Notes under the pieces: model-generated
What the model was told of the DNA's origin: nothing
Databases searched by the model: none
What the model saw: the letters and a program-made list of their open reading frames with translations, nothing else
Shown here: piece after piece, positions 17,770 to 27,942 of the stretch
Position numbering within the stretch: the first letter of the stretch is position 1
Layout: every line of letters starts with the position of its first letter
Position numbers and translations under genes: made by a program
Virus record (IMG/VR): IMGVR_UViG_3300005611_000001
Length of the DNA stretch: 64,000 bases
Source of the DNA: a virus
Lineage: Duplodnaviria > Caudoviricetes
Strand: one strand, 5' to 3'

Positions 17770-20700
17770 TATGCTGCTCCATACGGGCTAAGAATACCGC
17801 CGGGTCGTTTTTGTCTTTGAAGCTCTTCTTGAACTGCAAGAGAAATAACTTTGCCCAGGTTTCCAGCCTGTTGATTATCCATCTGAGTTTGTGAAGTGCC
17901 GTTTCCTTGATTGTCTACAGCTACATTAACGGTAACGTTATTTATGCCATTAGCACCAGAAGGCATAGAAACAGGAATAGATCTGCCGTCAGGAAGAGGA
18001 ACTACTGCTTCATTATGGCGACCTTCGCCCACAAGGAAAGTCGGCTCCTTTACGATACCGCCAGAGGCATACCCACGAGGCATAACTCCGCCCCGAGCAA
18101 GACCAAAGAAACCCCCCACCATTCCTAATACACCGGAACCTCCACCTCCGAAGATACCACCAAGTAGATCACTAAAAAGAGTACCAAACCCTTTGAGGCC
18201 GTTAGCGAACACGCCTCCCAAAGATTTCAAGAAAGGAGCATCTCCACTAAAAAGGTTGCTTAGGCTGTTAAGAAAAGGACCAAAAACACCGCCCATTCTT
18301 CCTGTGGTAGTTTGAGTATCGTTACCTTCTGAAACAGAAACTTGGCCTTGTGCACCAAACAAATACCTCTTCATGCTAAACCCAGACCCTTCTGTATTTA
18401 AATCCCCTATGGCTTTTGTTGCTTCAGGAGGCAGAGAACTTTGTGTAGGAGAAACTGGGGTCGTTTTGCCCATTGCTCTTGCAGCTACAGAACCAAAATA
18501 ATTTGCGCCGTCTACCATTGCATTTCTTATTTTTTCAGCAGGATCTTCCTTTTTGCCAAACATAAACTCACTAATTCTTGTAGTAAACTGTTTCGCAAGG
18601 CTATCTGCCACGGAGTTAAGCGTTGCTTCAGCAATATTCAAAACAAGAGTCTTAATATTTGTTTCTTGTCCTTTAATCAGTTGCTGTAAAGCAGTATTCA
18701 TAGACCCTTCAAATGCTTGAATAGCATTATCCCGCATTTGAATAAGCTCGTTGTTTTGTTGCCTTAAAATATCAAGTCTTTTTTCGTCAAGAGCTATTTC
18801 TCTTTCTAGAGCTTGAACTGTTCTTTCTGCATTCTCCACAGACAAAGGATCATTTTTATCTACAGATGCCATGGCAGCCCGAATCTGTAGCCGCTTTTGA
18901 TCAATTGCTAACGAGATTTCTTGTTCACGAAGTAATGCGCTCTGTCTTTGAGCGGCCATAGTTACTTGGCTTTCCAGACCGAGCTTTTTCAATGTTAAAG
19001 AATTTTGTCTATCTAATAGAGCAATCTCGTCGTCTCTAAGCTGTTGAAATTCTGTAGCAGTTGCGCGAGCAAGAGCCAAACTTCTAGCTGCTAATGCATA
19101 CTCTTTTAGCTTTTGCTCATAGTATTTATCATTCGCATTTAATTGGCTAGCTAGCACAGCCAGGTCTTTGGCGCGTGCCTTCGCTAATTTTTCATTTAAG
19201 TTTAGTACTGTTTGTATAGGTGTCGCATTAAATTGACTGTTTAAAGCATCCCTTGCTCTGGTTTCTTGCTGAATAAGTTCTTTAATTTCTGAACTTCTAG
19301 CAGCTTGCTCGGCATAAGTATCTACAAGCCTTCTTAAACTAGCAAGCTGCTCGTCAGTTACTCCAGTATTAATATCAATAGAATTAGCTAAATCCAAGAC
19401 TCCCGGAACTACTTGACCAACAGTATTTAAATAATCTTTTAATCCTTGATTAGCATCTTTGGCTTCTTGGCTAAGACCAACTACGGTTGTAACTGCCCCG
19501 GCTCCGGAGCCTCTTCCTGCCCTACCCCTTAATTTTGTATTAGTTTTCATAACTTCTTCGGGTAGTTGCCGAATAATAGCAATCTGATCTTCTAAAGTTT
19601 GTAGACTAATAGAGTTTGCTGCGTTTCCAATAAACTCGAGTTCTTCTCTTAGAGTACGAAAAGGTACTTCCTCAATACGACGACCCATTTTCTCAAAATC
19701 ATCTGCCGAACCTTGGAGAGCCTGACTGTTAGCTTCTGCGGCCTCTTTTAATTTTTCGTATTCTTCGTTAAACAGCCCAAGTTTTTTTCTTGCTACGTCA
19801 AATATTGCGGTAAGGAGTTCCCAAGCTACAATAGCGATACCAATAACACCTGCCATCCTAGATAAAGCTCGTGCTGCTCTGAGGGCACCGACCTTAAACT
19901 TTTCAACTGCTATACCTGCTTTCTGGAATCTAAGTTTTGTTTTTTCTACTTTTAAACCTAAAATATCTATAGACGTGCCTAACTTTTCCGTTGCTTTAGA
20001 ATTTCTATCTAAAGTCTCAGAAATTCCTACAATACCTCTGTCTAGGTTTTGCATTCTTTTATCCAAAAACTGGCTTTCGTCAGCTAGGTCTGTAACACTC
20101 GGAATAACGGAGCTAAGAATAGAAGAAGCAAAAAGACCGAAAGAAGCAGCCGCAGCAAAAACATTTTTAGTAAGCACATCAGCTATAAAGTTAGCTGGCC
20201 CTACGAGCGCAGTACCTATCTGACGAGCTACAGCTTCTAAAGACACAGCTAGCTTATTCATGGAGTTTCCTACAGGGTCCATGATAGCATTAATTTTTCC
20301 ATATCTTTCTTCTACCTGACGAAGAACGTCATTGGTTACAGCTTGAGTTCTTTGGTATGCAGTTAAATCATTTCTACCTACATTTAGAGCGCGAGCATAT
20401 TCGCGAGTTGCATCCTCCAGGCGAAGAATAATACCCAATTCGTCAAGTAGTTCCGGCTCTGCTTTGGTAACACCACGAATAAGACGATTGAAAGAATCTG
20501 TCAGGTCTCTACCGAGAGTTCTAGAAACTGTGAGAGCAGCGGAGCCGAGCTCTTTAAGTTGATCACCTGATAAGCCTGCCGCCAAAGAAATAGCAGTAGC
20601 TCTAGAGGCTTCTGTAAAAGTAATTTGATTATCGGTGGCTGCCTGTAGGCTTTTAGCCAGGGATTGATATGCGATACCCGTAGCCATTGTAAGAGCTTCT

Positions 20701-21011
20701 TGACCTTGCAATAATTGTAAATAGTCTGCGGACTCTCTTAAAAATGCAAAGGCGGCCTGGGCGGCAAAAAGATTAGCAGCAAGAGTTGCATAAGCAGGTA
20801 CAAGCCCGCTGGTAATTCCCTGGGCTTGTTTAGCAAAGTTTTTAGAAGAATTAGAGGAAGCCTTAGCTGTGCCCTTTAGTCGACGGTCAGCAGTTTGTGC
20901 GTTACTACTAACCCCACCCAGGGCCTTTCCTGCTGCTTGGGCTTCTTTGGTTACTAGCTTTAGGCTACCGTTATCATCGACAACAATACCAAGCTCAATT
21001 GTATTTGCCAT
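17769..21011 (-). CDS. Tape measure protein
   Basis: 1080 aa, helical and Ala-rich; RLIRGVTKAEPELLDELGI; C-terminal ASGGIV..PT.LVGEG..NEAVVPLPDGRSIPV. Confidence 0.9.
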   Translation of the reverse strand: MANTIELGIVVDDNGSLKLVTKEAQAAGKALGGVSSNAQTADRRLKGTAKASSNSSKNFAKQAQGITSGLVPAYATLAANLFAAQAAFAFLRESADYLQLLQGQEALTMATGIAYQSLAKSLQAATDNQITFTEASRATAISLAAGLSGDQLKELGSAALTVSRTLGRDLTDSFNRLIRGVTKAEPELLDELGIILRLEDATREYARALNVGRNDLTAYQRTQAVTNDVLRQVEERYGKINAIMDPVGNSMNKLAVSLEAVARQIGTALVGPANFIADVLTKNVFAAAASFGLFASSILSSVIPSVTDLADESQFLDKRMQNLDRGIVGISETLDRNSKATEKLGTSIDILGLKVEKTKLRFQKAGIAVEKFKVGALRAARALSRMAGVIGIAIVAWELLTAIFDVARKKLGLFNEEYEKLKEAAEANSQALQGSADDFEKMGRRIEEVPFRTLREELEFIGNAANSISLQTLEDQIAIIRQLPEEVMKTNTKLRGRAGRGSGAGAVTTVVGLSQEAKDANQGLKDYLNTVGQVVPGVLDLANSIDINTGVTDEQLASLRRLVDTYAEQAARSSEIKELIQQETRARDALNSQFNATPIQTVLNLNEKLAKARAKDLAVLASQLNANDKYYEQKLKEYALAARSLALARATATEFQQLRDDEIALLDRQNSLTLKKLGLESQVTMAAQRQSALLREQEISLAIDQKRLQIRAAMASVDKNDPLSVENAERTVQALEREIALDEKRLDILRQQNNELIQMRDNAIQAFEGSMNTALQQLIKGQETNIKTLVLNIAEATLNSVADSLAKQFTTRISEFMFGKKEDPAEKIRNAMVDGANYFGSVAARAMGKTTPVSPTQSSLPPEATKAIGDLNTEGSGFSMKRYLFGAQGQVSVSEGNDTQTTTGRMGGVFGPFLNSLSNLFSGDAPFLKSLGGVFANGLKGFGTLFSDLLGGIFGGGGSGVLGMVGGFFGLARGGVMPRGYASGGIVKEPTFLVGEGRHNEAVVPLPDGRSIPVSMPSGANGINNVTVNVAVDNQGNGTSQTQMDNQQAGNLGKVISLAVQEELQRQKRPGGILSPYGAA

Positions 21012-21427
21012 TAACCTTTCACGTTATGAGTAAAGTTTTTTCCTTTACTGCTTTCGCGCTTTCGTTTGCGCTCAGAATCTTCGTGTGCCTTTTGTACTGT
21101 GAATCTTTCAATATGCTTACAAAGTGTAAAAACTAGCTTTCTCTCTTGTATTTCGTAAATATTCAAAACTTCGCCTACACTAGACCAATCTTTGCCTAGA
21201 TAAGTGCTGCTCATACCTTCCCAACGATCCGGTAAAAATCCGTACACAAAAAATGCCAACTGGACTTCATACGGCATATCCGATAGGTCCATTGGCATTC
21301 TGTTGGGGTCGGGCTCTTGCCCTAATTCTTCACAAATTTTAAGATATTTATCTACATCAATTTGCGGAGACTTAATATACTTTTCAAGCAGACCGATTAT
21401 TCGCTCGATCTGCTCGTCGTAAAATTT
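21011..21427 (-). CDS. Tail assembly chaperone GT-type extension (reached by -1 frameshift)
   Basis: The -1 frame is open from the slippery site A AAT TTT (21427-21421) through ORF 21011..21298: FYDEQIERIIGLLEKYIKSPQIDVDKYLKICEELGQEPDPNRMP... Confidence 0.7.
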   Translation of the reverse strand, partial: KFYDEQIERIIGLLEKYIKSPQIDVDKYLKICEELGQEPDPNRMPMDLSDMPYEVQLAFFVYGFLPDRWEGMSSTYLGKDWSSVGEVLNIYEIQERKLVFTLCKHIERFTVQKAHEDSERKRKRESSKGKNFTHNVKG

Positions 21428-21825
21428 TCTAATTCTGCGACCGTCTCAGTTACCCAAGTGTCAAAATCGCTAGAATTCTTCATTAGAAGTTCTGCGTTTT
21501 CTTGGCTGTAACCAAGCTCATCTTCGGGGTCGAGATTAGAAGTATCCACCAACAGAAGCTCTTCTAGGATACGATACTTAAATCCTGACCATCCTTTGAT
21601 GACTGCTTTTACATATTCTGTAAGAAACTTTTCTTCATCAAGAACTTCGGTGGGCTGTCGGGTCTTACGGTCAAACTTCTGAGTAATACACTTTTTACGT
21701 AGTTTGAGCAGCTCTTCTCGGGCAAGATAGCAAAGAGATACTTTGAATCCTGTATGTCCGGGAAAATCAATCTCGACAGTTTTACTAGGAGTCATGAGAC
21801 TCGCGAGAGAAACGGGTTCTGTCAT
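21397..21825 (-). CDS. Tail assembly chaperone G-type
   Basis: 142 aa between major tail and tape measure genes; ends ELENFTTSRSSE. Confidence 0.75.
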   Translation of the reverse strand: MTEPVSLASLMTPSKTVEIDFPGHTGFKVSLCYLAREELLKLRKKCITQKFDRKTRQPTEVLDEEKFLTEYVKAVIKGWSGFKYRILEELLLVDTSNLDPEDELGYSQENAELLMKNSSDFDTWVTETVAELENFTTSRSSE

Positions 21826-21880
21826 AATTACCTCTTCTTAAAGTTAATTCGGGGGAGCGAACTCCCCCGATTTCCTAACT

Positions 21881-21909
21881 ATTATATCCATGTAACATCA
21901 AAATGTCAA
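21881..21909 (-). promoter_or_regulatory. sigma70-type promoter upstream of the chaperone; GC hairpin with UUCG loop at about 21849-21870 in the leader
   Basis: TTGACA-17-TATAAT; GGGGGAG-TTCG-CTCCCCC. Confidence 0.75.
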
Positions 21910-21927
21910 CAACTATTTTTTTATACC

Positions 21928-23040
21928 TTAGTAAGCTGTACCAGTGTATGTGATTGTTGCTTCGTCAGTTTCGCTAATATTGCTGGGAAGAGCATGGAAA
22001 TTAGCTTCAACAGAGATAACGTCATCAATTGAGTGTGTAGGAACTTCCAAGTGGCACTGAGGAAGAGCAATTGCTACTTTCGGAGCTGCCGAACCACCAA
22101 CGCTAAAAGTAAGATTAAACGAGTTCGTGATAGTAGAAGTAGCTTCGATAATATCTTCAAATAGGTCGGCACTGGAGTTTGTGTCCGCATTCAAATAGCA
22201 AGTAAAGTTACCAGAAATCGCACGAGTACCTGTAACGTGTCCAAGAGGCTGGTTCACAACACCAAGAGTCTCGGGCGTAAGAAACGTAATGTTGTTCTCG
22301 AAGGTAATGTTTCCGCCTGTCAGAACCAAATCATAACTAACGGAGGTACCACTCAAAGAGGAAGTAGCCACCAAGGAGGTCAAACGATTACGAATAAAGT
22401 TGCTAGTGGAAGTCAGGGCTTCTGTAATTGTTGCAGTCGGAGCGGTATCTTCAGTAATAATCTTACCAAAACCAGACCAGTTAATTGTAGCAATCCCATC
22501 AATATCGAAATCAATAGAGGCAGAGTTCGCTACACAGCCTTCTATTTTATAGGTAGTTTTGGTTCCGCTTCCAGCACCACCCATAACAAAGAAAAGATCA
22601 AAAGTGCCAAGAGTAACAGCATTAGAGCTATCAAAGTCAAAGGCAAGGCTAGAAGTGCCAAGAGTAACGCCATTGGTCCACGCAGAATCTCCCGAAGAAG
22701 GAGGAGTCCAGGCATTAACGGCAACAAAATTTGCCCAAAGCGCTTCTTCAACGCAGTGATGATTTGCATTTGTATCTTCCCACTGGCCCGCTGACGTGCT
22801 GGAAATGAACGGACGCATATATGTCGAAAAAGACCATTCTGCCGGAGCATAAGAGTCTGTAAACATCTGACGAGCACGACGACTGACGCCGGAGGCGTCC
22901 GACATTTCGTTCAGAGTAATTTCGGAAGCATTAGTTGCTTGCGAAAAGCTAAAACCATCAAGCACAGGGATTTCCCAAACATTGGAACCTTGCTTGAGGT
23001 AGACTTTAGTATCGCGACTAAAGTACAATGTATCGGCCAT
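21928..23040 (-). CDS. Major tail protein (T5 pb6-like)
   Basis: LYFSRDTKVY, EIPVLDGFSFSQATNASEITLNE, FTDSYAPAEWSFSTY.RP; position in the tail operon. Confidence 0.8.
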   Translation of the reverse strand: MADTLYFSRDTKVYLKQGSNVWEIPVLDGFSFSQATNASEITLNEMSDASGVSRRARQMFTDSYAPAEWSFSTYMRPFISSTSAGQWEDTNANHHCVEEALWANFVAVNAWTPPSSGDSAWTNGVTLGTSSLAFDFDSSNAVTLGTFDLFFVMGGAGSGTKTTYKIEGCVANSASIDFDIDGIATINWSGFGKIITEDTAPTATITEALTSTSNFIRNRLTSLVATSSLSGTSVSYDLVLTGGNITFENNITFLTPETLGVVNQPLGHVTGTRAISGNFTCYLNADTNSSADLFEDIIEATSTITNSFNLTFSVGGSAAPKVAIALPQCHLEVPTHSIDDVISVEANFHALPSNISETDEATITYTGTAY

Positions 23041-23091
23041 TTAGTATCTCCTAAACTGAGAAGGAAGAGAAACTTTTGTTTTCTTGCTTCT

Positions 23092-23544
23092 TCAGTAACG
23101 AACCTCGCATATGATTTCTCCTACGCCAAGAGGTTCCAAAACACCTTCGTCAGTGTCGACTGAAAGTATAGTAATTTGTTGAGTATAATTTGTTGCACCT
23201 AGCCGATCAGTGTAGGCTAGTCTGCTATTATCTTCAAGGACTGTTTCTACATCTTCTAACAGACCCTCTAGAGCTTTTACAGCATCTTCCTCGTTTACAT
23301 AACAACGAATAGTTACAGTTAAGTACCTGTCTTTGTATCCGCCGCCTTGATAATCTCTTCTTTCGCTTCCAGCATTTAGATGTACAGCAGGAAATTCTTC
23401 TACTTCATCCCAAAACTTTAGCCTAGGAAACACATTATCATTTAGCTCTGTTCTGAAGTTGCCGGTACCATTTATAACCTTCAATTTGCTTACCAGAGCA
23501 TCAACAATGGCAAGTCTTCTGCTAGTATAATCTCTAGATGCCAT
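23092..23544 (-). CDS. Tail terminator-like protein
   Basis: FWDEVEEFPAVH, TDEGVLEPLGVGEI; synteny with T5-like phages. Confidence 0.7.
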   Translation of the reverse strand: MASRDYTSRRLAIVDALVSKLKVINGTGNFRTELNDNVFPRLKFWDEVEEFPAVHLNAGSERRDYQGGGYKDRYLTVTIRCYVNEEDAVKALEGLLEDVETVLEDNSRLAYTDRLGATNYTQQITILSVDTDEGVLEPLGVGEIICEVRY

Positions 23545-24929
23545 TACTGTCTCCTAGTGTAGAATCTTCCTACTATAAACTGTGCCATAATTTCTCGTAT
23601 TGACTTATCAATTAAGGCTCTAGGATCCCTAGCTCCAGGAAAGGGATTCTGTGCTAAGGAGTTTCCTGACCCTGGATACTCAAAAACTTGGTACGGATTC
23701 TTCATATAGCTAAACCCAATACTTGGCAAGCCTTTTGATGTAGATGTTATATCTGTAACTCTTACGCTAGATGCAAATCTCCCGGTTCTATAATTAAGAG
23801 CAGGGCTTTCCATATTCTTCGCCACTTGTTGTGGTAGTCTTTCATTTAGTAAGCCAATTAAAGCTCTAATGTCTGGTAAAGAAGATCCTGACCTTACTCT
23901 TATTCTTGGCTTCGTTGGTGTTTTACCTTGAGTAAATTTTGCTTTTCCAGAACGCTTCCCTTTAGTTTTAGCTACTCCAGAAGTTTTTAATTTAGTAGTG
24001 TCTGGATTATAACTATTTTCTATTTTTAAAACTAAAGTCCCATTTTTGCCGGGTTTAATTGTCAATTTAAACTGTGCAATTATGCTTGCTAACGTCTTTT
24101 GTTCTAGACTACTAGAGCCGGGCATCTTAGCTATGTCTTTAGCTACTTGAGGTGCAAACTCTTTAAAAAATATACTTTTAAGTCTTTTTTCAAATACGGA
24201 ATCTTCTAAATTATCGGCCCCGTATTGATAAGTTATTTTTGAAATATAGTCCGCTTTTAATTTGCCTCTAGTAGTAACAAGCTGTCTGTAATTTGTTGTT
24301 ATTTCTTGAATTAGACTGTATTCTTCTCCGGATAATGTTCCGCCCTTTACGAACGAAGCAAAAGAATTTTCTAGAAATTGTTGAGGATTACTAACCCCTG
24401 CTTCCTTTAGAGTTTTCTCAATAAAGTTAGCGCCTGAAGCAATCTCGACCTGAGATACTGCGAAACCTCGTACACCATGACCTTTGTGAGTCATAGCAGC
24501 TAGCTTTTTTCCTTCATCTTCTGATATACCCGTGACTTTCTTTATTTCGTCAACAATATCAGATTTTATAGCATCTAGGCTATTTCTAAAAGTACTTACT
24601 ATAAATACTTTTGTGCCTATATCGGTAAGAGGAACTCCTAGCTCTTGTAACTTTCTAACCGCTTTATTGTATCTAGGCCTATTCTTTTTATAAAAAGCCG
24701 TATGAAGTTTTTTAGCTTTTTTACGCACCGCACGCAAAATAGAATCTACATTATCACTACTTAGCTCTTCTACACCTAAGGATTCTAGTGCTTTATTAAA
24801 ACCTACTAAGTTCTCTAGAAACAAAACCTGACCCGACTGACCCTCCAGGTCTTTTCTCATTTCTACATTGTTATTACTAATTCTAAGTAGTCTTTCGTTG
24901 AATAACTTTTCTACAAACTGCTTGCTCAT
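23544..24929 (-). CDS. Tail completion/neck protein
   Basis: C-terminal LNYRTGRFASSV...Y.KNPYQVFE...RDPRALIDKSIREI; T5-like synteny. Confidence 0.55.
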   Translation of the reverse strand: MSKQFVEKLFNERLLRISNNNVEMRKDLEGQSGQVLFLENLVGFNKALESLGVEELSSDNVDSILRAVRKKAKKLHTAFYKKNRPRYNKAVRKLQELGVPLTDIGTKVFIVSTFRNSLDAIKSDIVDEIKKVTGISEDEGKKLAAMTHKGHGVRGFAVSQVEIASGANFIEKTLKEAGVSNPQQFLENSFASFVKGGTLSGEEYSLIQEITTNYRQLVTTRGKLKADYISKITYQYGADNLEDSVFEKRLKSIFFKEFAPQVAKDIAKMPGSSSLEQKTLASIIAQFKLTIKPGKNGTLVLKIENSYNPDTTKLKTSGVAKTKGKRSGKAKFTQGKTPTKPRIRVRSGSSLPDIRALIGLLNERLPQQVAKNMESPALNYRTGRFASSVRVTDITSTSKGLPSIGFSYMKNPYQVFEYPGSGNSLAQNPFPGARDPRALIDKSIREIMAQFIVGRFYTRRQ

Positions 24930-25528
24930 TAGAAATTTTTATACATATCAAGAACGCGCTTTATGTGATCTGGAAAAGCCACGCTGTCTCGAAGGCTTGT
25001 AGACGACTGGTTCTGAATCGAAGCTCCTGCAATAGTTCTACGCTCTTTGTGCTCATCTTTTAAGTAGTAAGTAATCAGATCAATAACAGCAAGTTTCAAG
25101 TCTTCCGGAACATTTTCATAGCCAGCAGTATACACAACCTTTACTGATCCCGCGCCCTTGGGCCAGTACTTGTAAGAAGTGCTAGTAGTTCTGCGAATAG
25201 AGTCTGTGTTTGTATCGACATAGTAGTCATACTTACCATTTGTTCCGCCAGTATAAAGTTGAACATAACTCGCGGCTTGTCCGTCTCGCTCATATACTTC
25301 ACTTACAGTTCTTACAGGACTTTCCGTAAGCTGAACAATGTCAGTATCCCACTCCAAAGTAAAAAACTCAGTTTTTGCAGTAGAATAAAAATCAATAATA
25401 TTGTGACCACAATAAGTTTTTACAAGCTGACTCACAGAGGGGATAAGAATCTCAATTTTGGCGTCGTCTTTTACGCCTGAGATTCCCTCTGCTCGCTTAT
25501 AAGTATCAATGTCAATTAAGTTTGCCAT
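24929..25528 (-). CDS. Head-tail connector / head completion protein
   Basis: VKVVYTAGYE.VPEDLKLAV.DL..YY, FPDHIKRVLDMY (gp6-like). Confidence 0.8.
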   Translation of the reverse strand: MANLIDIDTYKRAEGISGVKDDAKIEILIPSVSQLVKTYCGHNIIDFYSTAKTEFFTLEWDTDIVQLTESPVRTVSEVYERDGQAASYVQLYTGGTNGKYDYYVDTNTDSIRRTTSTSYKYWPKGAGSVKVVYTAGYENVPEDLKLAVIDLITYYLKDEHKERRTIAGASIQNQSSTSLRDSVAFPDHIKRVLDMYKNF

Positions 25529-25543
25529 ATAGAATCAACTTGT

Positions 25544-25577
25544 AAAAACCGAGGGGGCTCGGTAGAGCCCCCAAGGT
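25544..25577 (-). terminator. Intrinsic terminator after the capsid gene
   Basis: GGGGGCTC-TACC-GAGCCCCC followed by a T-run on the minus strand. Confidence 0.75.
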
Positions 25578-25586
25578 CTATGCAAC

Positions 25587-27617
25587 TTAGTTAGCTGCGT
25601 ATTTCCAAGCCCACTTGGAGGTAGCGCTGTCGATGATATCGACGAAGCCAATGCGCTGAGAAGCAACCAGAACGCGGCGCTGATTCGCCACTTCGTAGTC
25701 TGCTTCCACCGTCACACCGCGAAGACGCGGAATAACGAAGTTGCGGGGGTTAACTGCAACAGCAGCGAACTTACCAGCAGCCTTAGCAGCAAACTCGTCG
25801 ACGAGAAGCACACGGCTACCGAACACCTGACCGATTTCACCAGTCAGTTTCGTTGCCATGTCACCAACAAGGTTGGCATCTTGGAATTCTGCGTCTTCGA
25901 GCAGGTTGTAGTAAGCGTCCTGAGACACGAGGTAGATGACTTCCTCGGGACGTACACCGTACTTACCCATGTTCTTACGCATTGCAAGAAGGTCAGCAGC
26001 CGTGAGAGCGTCCGTAGCTGCATAAGTGCCGCCAGAACCGCCACCAACGTCAGTAGTCGTGTCGGAGTCAGCAGCAGCAAGAGCAACGAGACCGTTGAAT
26101 GCAGCACCGCCGGTACCGAATGCGCCATCAGCGTGGTTGCCCACGAGAAGTGCGTTTTCAATCGCACGAGCGTGCGAACGGACCATCGACTCACGAATCA
26201 GGGGCAGAATGGGCAGAATTGCATCCTCTTCCGTCTCGTTGCCGAGATAGGACTGAGAAATGAGCTTCTTGACGGTGAGCGTACGCTCCGTCATGGTCAC
26301 ACCACCAAACGGAGAACCGTAGGTGTCGCCGCGAGTTGCGAGGTTGCCATTGGGAGCAGAACCTGCGGCGGTTTGTGCGGAAGCGAACTCAGCATAGCCT
26401 GCATCGGGAAGAATCGGAAGAATCATCGAAGCAGAGGTCATCTGAATTTCACGGAACAAGGGAGCCATCACAAGAGCGTTCTGAATGTCACGCTCGATGT
26501 TGGTGGACACAACTTGCTCGAAGTCAGCACTGGAAACCTGCACACCGGAGTGAGCATTCACTTTTTCCATCACGTTTTGAGCACGAGAGGTATTCCAGCC
26601 TTTGCCAGTTGCAAGACCGAGAACATAGCTGTCCACGATATCGCCTTCAAAGGTCTTCTGCCACTCGCCGTTGCCACGGTCAGCAAACACACGCTTGGAC
26701 TCGCGCATCTTCTCGATTTCACCAGCCTTCTCTTTGAGTTCGCCCTGAAGACCTTCAATGGTCTTTTCGAGGTCGCCCTTTTGCTCTTCAAAACGCTTTT
26801 CGATGTCTTGAACGAGTTTGGTAGCGTTGGACTCGACCGAGACGCGAACACGCTCTTCAAACTGCTTTTCTTCAGCCTCTAGGCGAGCAGCCTGCTCTTC
26901 AGCAGCCTTACGTTCAGCGGCCAGTTGCTCACTTACAGCCTTAGCAGCTTCAGCAGCGGCGGCCTTGGTGATAGCATCAAGATCGATGCTCTTTTCATTA
27001 TCCATGGTTTTCTCCTGTACTGTCGTTTCTTCAACGACTTTTGCCGTATCCCCAGCTGAATCTTGAGCTTTTGCTGAATCTTCAGCTAGGTGCTCGGCCG
27101 GTTCAACGCGTTTAAATTGATTGATAAAGTCTTTGTATTCATTCTCAGAATCAAAAGACTTTGCTAAAGAAAAGGTTGCAGCCTGATTTGCAGGAACGGA
27201 TACAACCGATACCTCAAACAGTTCCGCATCCTTAATGCGATATCCGTCAGTTTCCGCCATATAATCAGCATCCTTTACACGGAAACCAACGGAAAAAGCT
27301 CCGAGGATGCCTTCTTTCACCATATCTCGAATTGCACCAGCAGATTTCGAGATTTTAGCTTGAAGTTCTAGACCTTGTGGTGTAGCTTTCACACCGGTCG
27401 CACGACCAATAGGCTTATTGTAATCGTGATTAAAAAGAATAATCGGGTTATTATGAAAATTATCGAGGCCACCTTTCGTCCAAGCATCTACATCAATGAT
27501 GTCGCCGACACGGTCACGGTCCGCTGTGCTTGCAAAGCCACGAATTTCTACGGAACCGTCATCGCCTTCGCCGAGTGCCTTAAAGGTCGACCCCAGATGG
27601 AAAATTTTATTCTTCAT
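25587..27617 (-). CDS. HK97-type prohead protease fused in frame to the major capsid protein (internal MCP start at 27005)
   Basis: IRGFAST...DRVGDII, LFNHDYNKPIG, FSVGFRV, ELFEVSVVSVPANQAATF, then coiled-coil delta domain and HK97 fold; no stop between; AGGAG-N7-ATG at 27005. Confidence 0.9.
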   Translation of the reverse strand: MKNKIFHLGSTFKALGEGDDGSVEIRGFASTADRDRVGDIIDVDAWTKGGLDNFHNNPIILFNHDYNKPIGRATGVKATPQGLELQAKISKSAGAIRDMVKEGILGAFSVGFRVKDADYMAETDGYRIKDAELFEVSVVSVPANQAATFSLAKSFDSENEYKDFINQFKRVEPAEHLAEDSAKAQDSAGDTAKVVEETTVQEKTMDNEKSIDLDAITKAAAAEAAKAVSEQLAAERKAAEEQAARLEAEEKQFEERVRVSVESNATKLVQDIEKRFEEQKGDLEKTIEGLQGELKEKAGEIEKMRESKRVFADRGNGEWQKTFEGDIVDSYVLGLATGKGWNTSRAQNVMEKVNAHSGVQVSSADFEQVVSTNIERDIQNALVMAPLFREIQMTSASMILPILPDAGYAEFASAQTAAGSAPNGNLATRGDTYGSPFGGVTMTERTLTVKKLISQSYLGNETEEDAILPILPLIRESMVRSHARAIENALLVGNHADGAFGTGGAAFNGLVALAAADSDTTTDVGGGSGGTYAATDALTAADLLAMRKNMGKYGVRPEEVIYLVSQDAYYNLLEDAEFQDANLVGDMATKLTGEIGQVFGSRVLLVDEFAAKAAGKFAAVAVNPRNFVIPRLRGVTVEADYEVANQRRVLVASQRIGFVDIIDSATSKWAWKYAAN

Positions 27618-27942
27618 CTTTGCTCACCGGCTTGGGCGAGGGTTTCGCCACTGTTCTAGTAGGAGCGGGCTTCAGAGCTGGTTTCGGCTCGGGCTTGGGC
27701 GGCTCAGGCTTCGGCGGCTCGGAAGCGGGCTCCGGCTCTTGCATAATTTTTGCATAAATGTCGGGATGGCTGGCCTTAATAATGGAATCAAGACGTGACC
27801 AAACTGGAACATAGCGACGAAGAATAGCAAAACGAATTGGCGCCTCTTCATCCTTTGCATACTCATTGCGCGTCAGAATACGGCCTTTTTCGGCAAAATA
27901 TTCTGCAACTTGCTTAATGATTACACCTTTTCTACTTTTCAT
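27607..27942 (-). CDS. Hypothetical protein with a Pro/Lys-rich tail
   Basis: 111 aa; PEPPKPEP repeats; coupled between portal and protease. Confidence 0.5.
   Translation of the reverse strand: MKSRKGVIIKQVAEYFAEKGRILTRNEYAKDEEAPIRFAILRRYVPVWSRLDSIIKASHPDIYAKIMQEPEPASEPPKPEPPKPEPKPALKPAPTRTVAKPSPKPVSKDEE

Noticed and set aside
25881-26882. 333-aa plus-strand ORF opposite the capsid gene
   Set aside because: Antisense open frame caused by strong codon bias of a highly expressed gene.
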